Below are positions 1 to 6,987 of a stretch of 32,000 nucleotides of DNA, in pieces. Positions within the stretch are counted from its first letter, which is position 1, and the number at the start of each line of letters is the position of its first letter. A program made the position numbers and the translations under genes. Origin of the DNA: Candidatus Omnitrophota bacterium (GTDB lineage Bacteria; Omnitrophota; Gorgyraeia; Zapsychrales; JANLHA01); assembly GCA_963662715.1 (NCBI GenBank), contig OY759724.1, forward strand, positions 3,180,001 through 3,212,000. The letters are read 5' to 3'. The notes under the pieces were generated by a model. It saw only the letters and a list, made by a program, of their open reading frames with translations, did no database searches and had not been told where the DNA came from.

Positions 1-567
1 AGAATCATCATGATTTATCAGGGACCGCAAGACATGGGGTAAAGTGGCACTGTCTACTGTCAAGCCCTTCAAAGGATAAATCTTCCGCGTGGTCTTCTTG
101 TTTTGTCCATCATAAGATGTGTAGCGGATCTGTTTTTGCGCATAATCAAAGTATTTCTCTTTTTTGACAATAACCTCCTGGGCCCCTTTATATCGAAGAG
201 AACCCTTGCTTTCCAGCGGGTAAAGAATTCCGTCCCGCAGTTCGGCGGTAGACTCCGAAGCCCAGACAACATCCGCATAGTCGGCATAGTCCCCCTCGCC
301 CTGAGATGTAAATTTATAGTAAACCGAGGAATCATGTTTTGTTCTTTGAGTGATAAATTTCACAAAGGAACGCGGCTGCAAAGAATCTTTTTCGACATAG
401 CGAAAAGATAATATTTCATAATCCGGGAAAAAGGACGGTCGCGATGAAGAAACCGGGATATTCCCTTTAAGGGCATGGTCCTCAGCCCCGGCAACATGAT
501 AAGCCGGCAGACAGATTCCCAGTCCGAGGACCAGAAAAAATATTTGTCTTTTGAATCGGGTATCCAT
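1..567 (-). CDS. Hypothetical exported protein, 3'-truncated by the window edge (first 189 codons present)
   Basis: Absent from the ORF track because it runs off the window. The minus-strand frame starting at ATG (complement of 565-567) stays open to position 1; I checked every + strand triplet in this frame and found no tta/cta/tca. The N-terminus MDTRFKRQIFFLVLGLGICLPAYHVAGAED looks like a Sec signal peptide. No family recognised. Confidence 0.5.
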   Translation of the reverse strand, partial: MDTRFKRQIFFLVLGLGICLPAYHVAGAEDHALKGNIPVSSSRPSFFPDYEILSFRYVEKDSLQPRSFVKFITQRTKHDSSVYYKFTSQGEGDYADYADVVWASESTAELRDGILYPLESKGSLRYKGAQEVIVKKEKYFDYAQKQIRYTSYDGQNKKTTRKIYPLKGLTVDSATLPHVLRSLINHDDS

Positions 568-813
568 AACAGCATTCCAATTTTTAAAATCACCAGAAAA
601 TTCAGCGTCTCATTTTGAGATATATATTATACATAAATACCCGGGAGACACAACGGATACTCTCCCCGGGCGAAGATATTCAAAGAAAGCAAAACCCGGG
701 CCATAGGAGGGACATTCTTATCATGGACTCGGGAGACAGGCGTGTGCTAAAATATTCTTATACGGCTTGGTGCCGCAAATTTTATCATCAACCAATCATC
801 CCGGGTCAAAGGC

Positions 814-1473
814 ATGTTCATTCCTCAACCTGTATCAATTCACCGCAAACGGCCTCAAATGGTTTTATTTGCTGCTTATCTGTTCGTCCTGTCTATGACT
901 TTCTTCGGGCAGGGAGAAGGCGTGCAGGCCGGGCCGCCATCAGAACAAATTGTTTTTGCCGGGGACAGCCTGATCTTTTCAGGCCCCTGGAAAAGCTTTT
1001 TTAAGAACGGCCATATTCATAATTCCGGAGTTGTCGGCGACACGACCCAGGACCTTTTAAACAGGGTGGATGAGATATTGGCGGTAAAACCCGGAAAAAT
1101 CTTCCTCATGATCGGGATCAATGACCACCCGCAGGAAAACAACATCGATACTATTCTGAACACCTATAGAAAAATCCTCCAGAAAATTCAGCAGAATCTG
1201 CCGGAGTCTCATATCTATATTCACAGCATTTTACCGGTCAACAATGAACGGTTAAAAACTTATTACCATCAGCAAATTTCTAACGAGAACATTATGAAAC
1301 TGAACAAAGCCATCCTGTCTCTGACTCAAAACGGCCCAGTCACTTATATCGACCTGTACCCTCATTTCCTTAAAGACGGGGAACTCAACCCGGACATGAC
1401 AAAAGACGGGGTGCATCTGAACCGGGAAGGGTATCTTCTCTGGAAAAACCTTATCGCCGGGTACATCCAGTAA
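814..1473 (+). CDS. SGNH/GDSL-family hydrolase (acylesterase/lipase-like), probably secreted
   Basis: 219-aa ORF. It has the GDS block (VFAGDSLIF), MIGINDH and a C-terminal DxxH block (DGVHLNREGY). Hydrophobic N-terminal segment MVLFAAYLFVLSMTFF; Met16 at 859 is an alternative start. Confidence 0.8.
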   Translation: MFIPQPVSIHRKRPQMVLFAAYLFVLSMTFFGQGEGVQAGPPSEQIVFAGDSLIFSGPWKSFFKNGHIHNSGVVGDTTQDLLNRVDEILAVKPGKIFLMIGINDHPQENNIDTILNTYRKILQKIQQNLPESHIYIHSILPVNNERLKTYYHQQISNENIMKLNKAILSLTQNGPVTYIDLYPHFLKDGELNPDMTKDGVHLNREGYLLWKNLIAGYIQ

Positions 1474-1495
1474 ATCACCGGGAGAAACGACAGGC

Positions 1496-2542
1496 TTATT
1501 CTTGCGCCTGCACAATCGTTTGCGAAATCCTCGGCCCTACCCATTGGCTGAACTGATAATTTCCCCTCCCGTTAAGATGAATAACGTCAGAAAACTTTTC
1601 TCTCGGATAAGCCTCGAAAAGGGGAGTGACATAAAAAAATTTTTCATGTTTTTTTTGCAGATCAACCAACATGCCCTCGTAATCCCTTAAATATCCCTCT
1701 TGTTCAAGTCTCTCATAGATCACGTCCATGAGCGGAGCCTGAAACAGGATGACAACAATACGGTTCTCCTGCGCCAGTTCCAGGAAGCGCTCCAGCCAGT
1801 AGATGTTCTCATCCGTCAAGGCCAGCTTTCTTTGATATAATTTGGACCCCTTCACCTCGGCAAGGCGGGGAGGGACATTCCGGCCGAATGCCGTTGTCCC
1901 GGATTGTCTCGTTGAGGTGTGACGAATCCAAACCATATGGTCCTTGATATATTCAGGATTAAGCAGCAACTTTTTGACGCGGTTTTTATATCTTAAGGCA
2001 AAACTCGCTTCCTTCAACCGAAGTTCACACGACTGCAGCCACAGAGGCAAGGGCAGCACGCTGAAAAGGTCGTAGGGCGAATACATCATGTTCAATCTGT
2101 GGATATGGGCCAAGTGATCATCCTCTTCCGAATGGTCTTCCGGCGGGGCAGCCCAGGCATCAGGCGAGAAGCTTAAAAAGACATACCGGGGCGCGGGATG
2201 ATCCTTTAAATATTTCCTGAGCAATAAATAATACGCCGGCATACCCTGGGCCGGGGTGGCGTAGTTGTAGAAAGACATCGGCTCGCCAAGGTCCTGCGAT
2301 ACTTGTTCGGCGACCTTTTTGGCATAAACACCAAGGATGGTGCTGTCTCCCAGGAAAAGTCCTGTATAAGACTGGGGCTGCTTTAACCGGCTGTTTTTAT
2401 AAAAAATAATCGAATCGCTGGGAGGGCGGATATACCCCGCATAATGCCGCAAAACCAGCTCTGTCATCCCGAACAATACAAGACAACCGACCAAACCCAA
2501 CGGAAATTTTTTAAAATTGAAAGTAGATAAAATCCTGAGCAT
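1496..2542 (-). CDS. SGNH-like membrane-anchored protein, partner of the adjacent MBOAT (AlgJ/DltD/DUF1574-like role)
   Basis: 348 aa with an N-terminal TM helix (FPLGLVGCLVLFGMTELVL), a GDS block (LFLGDSTILG) and a C-terminal DxxH-like block (SDVIHLNGRG). Its start overlaps the stop of the upstream same-strand MBOAT gene by 32 nt. Confidence 0.65.
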   Translation of the reverse strand: MLRILSTFNFKKFPLGLVGCLVLFGMTELVLRHYAGYIRPPSDSIIFYKNSRLKQPQSYTGLFLGDSTILGVYAKKVAEQVSQDLGEPMSFYNYATPAQGMPAYYLLLRKYLKDHPAPRYVFLSFSPDAWAAPPEDHSEEDDHLAHIHRLNMMYSPYDLFSVLPLPLWLQSCELRLKEASFALRYKNRVKKLLLNPEYIKDHMVWIRHTSTRQSGTTAFGRNVPPRLAEVKGSKLYQRKLALTDENIYWLERFLELAQENRIVVILFQAPLMDVIYERLEQEGYLRDYEGMLVDLQKKHEKFFYVTPLFEAYPREKFSDVIHLNGRGNYQFSQWVGPRISQTIVQAQE

Positions 2543-3953
2543 CGGAAACTCCGAAAATAATTAACAACATCAATAAGACATAATAACAAACCGATTTAAC
2601 GGGCCAGGGCAGTTTATAAACGGCCATCAGGTCATGTTTCATATACTGATACATCTGAATACCCAGCAGAACAGCGGAATAGGAAAGCATTTGGACAAAA
2701 AGCGGCCAGCTCGCCGGCACGTCATGCCACTGCCAATTCGTAAACAGGGCTTTCCCCATAAGCACAACCTGCTGAACCGACTGGGCGCGGAAAATCAGCC
2801 AGCCGATACAGACGACATGAAAAAAGAACGCCGTTTCAAAAAAGACCGCGGCCCGGGACCGCCAGGACCTCCCGGCACGATCTTTCTTTGCAATGACCGG
2901 ATCAAGAAGACTTTCCTTCAAGTGATATACGACCAGAATCGTGCCGTGATACACGCCCCAAAAGACAAAAGTCCAGGCAGCGCCGTGCCATAATCCGCCT
3001 AATATCATCGTGACCATAAGATTTCTTAATGTTTTAAGCACACCTTTACGATTGCCTCCCAGAGGAATATAAAGATAGTCCCGTATCCAGGTGGAAAGAC
3101 TGATATGCCACCTCTGCCAGAAATCGCTGGGGTTCCTGGCAAAATAAGGGAGGTTGAAATTGACCATGATTTCAAATCCCATACATTTACACAGCCCGCG
3201 GGCGATATTCGAGTACCCGGCAAAATCACAAAAGATCTGAAAGGCAAAAGCGTATAACCCGATGAGGATTTCGAATCCGTGAGTATATTGCGTCCGGGCA
3301 AAAACCGGGTCGACAATACGGGCCAGATTGTCCGCGACAAAAACTTTTTGAAACAGGCCCCAGAATATCAAATAACATCCTTCGTAAAAAAGCGTGCGGG
3401 AGACGGTTCTCGGCTTTTCGATCTGAGGGAGAAGGTGCCGAGCTCTTTCAATAGGCCCTGCGACCAACTGAGGGAAGAACGCCACAAAAAGGGCGAAGTT
3501 CAATTTATCCCTGGTGGGCTTAATCCTCTCATAATAGATATCAATGGTATAGCTCATGGTCTGAAAGGTGTAAAAAGATATGCCGACGGGCAGGATAATT
3601 TTTAAAGCAGGGCCATGTAAAGGGATATTCAAGACCCTCCCGAAAGCCAAAAAATTCTCCAGGAAGAAATTATAGTATTTAAAAACTCCCAGCAGGGCCA
3701 GATTGACAAAAATGCTGAGGGCTAAATATCGTTTTTTCCCTCTTTTATCCGGGGTTTCACTGATTCTTATCCCGCAAAAATAATCGACAAACGTCGAAAT
3801 CCAGATAAGAGACAAAAACCGCCAGTCCCAGCTTCCGTAAAACCAGTAACTGGCAATGAGCAGCAAAAAGTTTTGTTTTTTATGCGGCGAGCATAAATAA
3901 AGGGCGTAAACAAAGACAAAAAAAACAAAAAATTGATAGGAATTAAATAACAT
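2511..3953 (-). CDS. MBOAT-family membrane-bound O-acyltransferase (AlgI/DltB/PatA-like)
   Basis: 480 aa, polytopic. It has the conserved MBOAT histidine region FWQRWHISLSTWIRDYLYIPLGGNR, a second His in GGLWHGAAW, and the characteristic C-terminal FIYFQF. Confidence 0.9.
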   Translation of the reverse strand: MLFNSYQFFVFFVFVYALYLCSPHKKQNFLLLIASYWFYGSWDWRFLSLIWISTFVDYFCGIRISETPDKRGKKRYLALSIFVNLALLGVFKYYNFFLENFLAFGRVLNIPLHGPALKIILPVGISFYTFQTMSYTIDIYYERIKPTRDKLNFALFVAFFPQLVAGPIERARHLLPQIEKPRTVSRTLFYEGCYLIFWGLFQKVFVADNLARIVDPVFARTQYTHGFEILIGLYAFAFQIFCDFAGYSNIARGLCKCMGFEIMVNFNLPYFARNPSDFWQRWHISLSTWIRDYLYIPLGGNRKGVLKTLRNLMVTMILGGLWHGAAWTFVFWGVYHGTILVVYHLKESLLDPVIAKKDRAGRSWRSRAAVFFETAFFFHVVCIGWLIFRAQSVQQVVLMGKALFTNWQWHDVPASWPLFVQMLSYSAVLLGIQMYQYMKHDLMAVYKLPWPVKSVCYYVLLMLLIIFGVSDAQDFIYFQF

Positions 3954-4204
3954 TTATTTTAGGACATCATCCCCGGGTATATTTCCGCTTTACCTGAAAT
4001 CCGGGAATCTATAAGGAATTGTCATTCAGATATCTTTAATATTAAGATGATCTGAATTTTCGCAAGTAAATTTTATTATTATTGTATCTCTTTTCAATTT
4101 TTTTGCATCTGCTTTTTAAAACATTCGGGTATTCCTTCAATACGGGCCGGTCTCCCCGAGATAATGGGCCTACGGACAAAGATTATCAGGACAAAAGGCT
4201 TAAA

Positions 4205-4233
4205 TTGTACAAAAACAGCAATTATGGTAAAAT
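4205..4233 (+). promoter_or_regulatory. Putative sigma70-type promoter for the 85-aa ORF
   Basis: TTGTAC (4205-4210), a 17-nt spacer, then TGgTAAAAT (extended -10; TAAAAT 4228-4233), about 58 nt upstream of the ATG at 4292. Confidence 0.4.
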
Positions 4234-4291
4234 ATATTTAGAATTAGCACAAATGCATATCTTGGCATCACTTGGGAAAAAGAGGTGCGGG

Positions 4292-4549
4292 ATGAGCGAA
4301 AGACAAAAAAGATATTGCCTCCGCTTCAATAAAAACATTATCCTGTCCGACAAAGATGACATGCTCGTTTGTGAATGCAGTATCCCGAAGGAAAAGAGAG
4401 AAACCTTGTGTGCTGTTATCTGTGTTCACAATCAAAAAACCCAGTTACTCGTGGCCCAGATGAAAAAACAAAGGAACCTTTCCGAGGAAGACATCCAAAC
4501 ATCATTGGAGCCGTTCGGATACCGGGACTGGGCCTCTATCAAGGATTAA
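4292..4549 (+). CDS. Small hypothetical protein (85 aa, five Cys), no family recognised
   Basis: In-frame ATG inside ORF-track entry 4082..4549. AGAGGTG sits 5 nt upstream of ATG 4292 and a candidate promoter lies at 4205-4233. The part of the ORF upstream of 4292 overlaps that promoter and looks non-coding. Confidence 0.4.
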   Translation: MSERQKRYCLRFNKNIILSDKDDMLVCECSIPKEKRETLCAVICVHNQKTQLLVAQMKKQRNLSEEDIQTSLEPFGYRDWASIKD

Positions 4550-4797
4550 GGGTTTTTTACCTTCAAGCATGTCCAAGGCTCTAAAGCCCGGAGTGACAGG
4601 GGAAACCATCCTTAGCCATTATTGCTTCATTTTTCTGCATTTTGCCCTTCCTGACGGCACGGCTTCAGTATAAACATTTTTCCGAACTAGGCTCATGGTT
4701 CGGGAAAATCACTTGTTTCTGCATATTATGCGACTTTCGAACCAAAAGGAAACAAAGCCCCCCTTGCCAAAACCCGTTCCATGTGATACTATTACAA

Positions 4798-4824
4798 TGA
4801 TAGTATCATTATGATACTATCATA
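4798..4824. promoter_or_regulatory. 27-bp perfect palindrome (13-1-13), candidate operator upstream of fic
   Basis: ATGATAGTATCAT-T-ATGATACTATCAT, ending about 16 nt before the fic start codon. A third half-site-like copy TGATACTAT lies at about 4785-4793. Coordinates are +/-1: my manual count of the printed sequence disagrees by 1 nt with the ORF track in this stretch. Confidence 0.55.
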
Positions 4825-4839
4825 AATAAAGGAATCGAT

Positions 4840-5805
4840 ATGAGACCGCCATATACCATCACAAACGACATCCTGACTCTTTGCACAGAGATCACCATGC
4901 TGTTGGGTAAATACGAGGGATTACAGGCCCCTGTGCCCAAGCCAGAGCTGCGTAAGCATACAAAAATTATCACCATTCAATCGAGCCTGGCTATAGAAGG
5001 GAATACTTTATCCATAGATCAGGTGACAGATATTATTAACCACAAAAGGGTAGCAGGCCCTCAAAAGGATATTCTGGAAGTTAAAAACGCCATTAAGGTT
5101 TATGACATGCTGGATAAGTTTGAGCCGGAAAGCCTTGAGTCATTGTTAAAAGCTCATAAAATTCTTATGGAGGGCCTTATAACGGATGCGGGGAAACTGA
5201 GGGGCGGTAATGTGGGCATCCGGTCAGGGGGAAAAATCGTTCACATGGCTCCGAAATACACGATGGTTCCCCAATTAATGGGTGACCTGTTTACGTTTCT
5301 TAAAGAAGAAACGGATATCCACCCGCTCATCAAATCCAGTGTCTTTCATTATGAGTTTGAGTTCATTCATCCCTTTATGGACGGAAACGGGCGCATAGGG
5401 CGTTTGTGGCAATCCGTGATTTTGTATAATTACCGCAAAATTTTTGAATACATCCCTGTTGAGACTGTCGTCAAACGCCGGCAAATGGAATATTATGACG
5501 CCCTGGCACAATCCAGCAAAAAAGGGAACTCAACCGTATTCATTAAATTTATGCTGGAAACAATCAAAGAAGCCACCCTTGAATTCACAAAGGAACTCAA
5601 ACCCGTTAAGCAATCTACGGACTTAAGGATCGAAACCGCTAAAAATCACTTTAAAAATTCATCATTCTCCCGCAAAGATTATCTACAACTCCATCCGAAT
5701 ATCTCAACCGCCACTGCCAGCCGTGATTTAACCATTGCGGCAGCCAACGGCATCTTGCAGAAGACCGGCACCAAAGCCCAGACGAAATACCTTTTCATTA
5801 CGTAA
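4840..5805 (+). CDS. fic: Fic-family protein (class II, AMPylase-type motif) with a C-terminal HTH-like tail
   Basis: Canonical Fic motif HPFMDGNGRIGR (HxFx[D/E]GNGRxxR). An N-terminal inhibitory-helix motif S-x-x-x-E-G is present in SSLAIEGNT. The C-terminal segment SRKDYLQLHPNISTATASRDLTIAAANGILQKTG resembles a winged-helix/HTH. AAGGA SD upstream. Confidence 0.9.
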   Translation: MRPPYTITNDILTLCTEITMLLGKYEGLQAPVPKPELRKHTKIITIQSSLAIEGNTLSIDQVTDIINHKRVAGPQKDILEVKNAIKVYDMLDKFEPESLESLLKAHKILMEGLITDAGKLRGGNVGIRSGGKIVHMAPKYTMVPQLMGDLFTFLKEETDIHPLIKSSVFHYEFEFIHPFMDGNGRIGRLWQSVILYNYRKIFEYIPVETVVKRRQMEYYDALAQSSKKGNSTVFIKFMLETIKEATLEFTKELKPVKQSTDLRIETAKNHFKNSSFSRKDYLQLHPNISTATASRDLTIAAANGILQKTGTKAQTKYLFIT

Positions 5806-5919
5806 AAGCAACGGTTTCCCGGCCGGGCACGTTTGGGCTAAAGATATCCGAGTGCCCCTCAACTCACAAAAAATATATAATTTGGTTAAAAAATGCCAGT
5901 TTTAGGGCGTATTGAGCCA

Positions 5920-5948
5920 TTGACAAGGGGCAGATATGGGGGATAATA
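5920..5948 (+). promoter_or_regulatory. Putative strong promoter upstream of the gene remnant (and possibly reading toward cas6)
   Basis: TTGACA (5920-5925), a 16/17-nt spacer, then GATAAT/ATAATA (5942-5948), followed by AAGGGAGG (5964-5971) and ATG 5980. Confidence 0.4.
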
Positions 5949-5979
5949 AATTATAATTTAAATAAGGGAGGAAATATCT

Positions 5980-6157
5980 ATGTATCCCGCTAATGTTTAT
6001 AAAATTTTTTTAGCTTCCCCTAGTGACGTGGCAAAAGAAAGGCAATTGGCTCAACAAGTTATTGTTCAAGTGGAACGACTTGCATTCTCAATCTAGCAGA
6101 ATTGTCCTACAAGCAACTGGATGGGAAAAAGCTGAATTAAGTCAGTTTTTGGCGTAG
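5980..6157 (+). pseudogene. Frameshifted, truncated remnant of a larger gene (N-terminal module only)
   Basis: Frame A, ATG 5980 to TAG 6094-6096, reads MYPANVYKIFLASPSDVAKERQLAQQVIVQVERLAFSI*. The +1 frame from 6068 reads KWNDLHSQSSRIVLQATGWEKAELSQFLA* (stop 6155-6157). Together they reconstruct the pattern (I/V)F(L/I)ASP(S/G)DVxxER ... WN ... IVL ... WE that I recognise from N-termini of much longer proteins. Only about 60 codons survive. Confidence 0.45.
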
Positions 6158-6165
6158 TCAGCCTA

Positions 6166-6194
6166 TTGACAGAATGATTATTTTGGCAGATCAT
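6166..6194 (+). promoter_or_regulatory. Weak candidate promoter for the cas operon
   Basis: TTGACA (6166-6171), a 17-nt spacer, then GATCAT (6189-6194), 60-100 nt upstream of the possible cas6 starts. Confidence 0.25.
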
Positions 6195-6255
6195 ATCAAA
6201 ATAAAGAAACAATCAAGCTTCTTATCATTTTTTCAGAACAATACAACTTTTTTAA

Positions 6256-6984
6256 TTGTACAAAGGGAAAAGGAATCCTGTCGTGAAGAACATGATTATC
6301 CCTCATAAAACTTTTGTTAGAGAAAAATTGATTTGCGTGCAGTTTGATTCGGTCCATTTACGTTCGTTTGACATTCCGAAATTCCGGGGGTATCTTTCCG
6401 AAAAATATTCCTCTTATAATTTGATCCATAATCATCTTGAAGATAATAGATTGAGATATGCCTATCCCCAGATTCAATTTAAAACCATTAACAATAAACC
6501 TGTTATTATCGGACTCGGGGAAGGGATTGAAATATTAAAGAAAGTATTTCTTGATATTCAGGAATTGAAGATTAATCAGGAGAGACTGCAGATTAATGAA
6601 AAGTCTGTCATGCTGCGGGAATGGAAGCTGGGGCAGACAGAAGAACAGGTAAAGTATCGTTTTATCTCTCCCTGGATGGCGCTGAATCAGGAAAATCATA
6701 AAAAGTATATTCATCTCAGTTGGCATGAAAAACGATCGTTTCTTGAGAGGATTCTCGCCGGGAATCTGAAATCACTGGCGAAAGGATTTCAGTATTTTAT
6801 CCCGGATTTTGATAACCTGCACGTTCAGCTTGATCTTAAGCCGGTAACCCGTAATTTTAAAAATATCAAAATGACCTGCTTTAGCGGGACATTTCAAACA
6901 AATTTTTTCATTCCCGATCACCTCGGCCTGGGCAAACAGGTCGCGCGAGGGTTTGGGGTGGTGGAGAGGTTAAAGGAGAAATGA
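6256..6984 (+). CDS. cas6: CRISPR-associated endoribonuclease Cas6
   Basis: C-terminal glycine-rich loop GLGKQVARGFGVV (GxGxxxxxGxG) typical of Cas6 RAMPs. It is the first gene of the cas operon and ends 3 nt before the next gene. The ORF-track start is TTG 6256; GTG 6283 (AAGGA 8 nt upstream) and ATG 6292 are plausible alternative starts. Confidence 0.8.
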   Translation: MYKGKRNPVVKNMIIPHKTFVREKLICVQFDSVHLRSFDIPKFRGYLSEKYSSYNLIHNHLEDNRLRYAYPQIQFKTINNKPVIIGLGEGIEILKKVFLDIQELKINQERLQINEKSVMLREWKLGQTEEQVKYRFISPWMALNQENHKKYIHLSWHEKRSFLERILAGNLKSLAKGFQYFIPDFDNLHVQLDLKPVTRNFKNIKMTCFSGTFQTNFFIPDHLGLGKQVARGFGVVERLKEK

Positions 6985-6987
6985 AAT

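Noticed and set aside
69-593. ORF-track entries 69-335 (-), 103-411 (+) and 360-593 (-).
   Set aside because: All overlap a longer minus-strand frame that is open from 567 to the window edge and begins with a signal peptide. That frame is the more plausible gene.
4241-4254. GAATTAGCACAAAT at 4241-4254 and GAATTTAGCACAAAT at 17385-17399 bracket the island. I considered them as att-like direct repeats of an integrated element.
   Set aside because: They are only 14-15 nt with an indel, no integrase or recombinase is present, and both lie just downstream of candidate -10 boxes, so they may be shared promoter-proximal sequence or chance. This is too weak to call.
4082-4291. Upstream 70 codons of ORF-track entry 4082..4549 (TTG start).
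   Set aside because: The region contains the candidate promoter and SD for ATG 4292, and its translation is low-complexity.
4292-4549. The idea that the 85-aa ORF is the antitoxin (inhibitory-helix donor) of the downstream Fic.
   Set aside because: Fic carries its own S-x-x-x-E-G inhibitory motif (class II), the small ORF has no such motif that I can see, and the two genes are separated by 290 nt containing the palindromic operator.
4676-4712. Short inverted repeat TTCCGAAC...GTTCGGGAA between the small ORF and fic, considered as a terminator.
   Set aside because: The perfect stem is only about 6 bp with a 10-nt loop and no following U-tract.
4840-5400. My manual count of the printed sequence places the fic ATG at 4841 and implies a frameshift near 5398-5401 (I read two G's where the ORF-track translation needs three).
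   Set aside because: The ORF track gives an uninterrupted 321-aa Fic from 4840, and a second ORF (5275-5511, minus) shows the same 1-nt offset. I attribute this to my own miscounting of homopolymer runs and use the ORF-track coordinates. Hand-derived coordinates between about 4585 and 5400 carry a +/-1 uncertainty.
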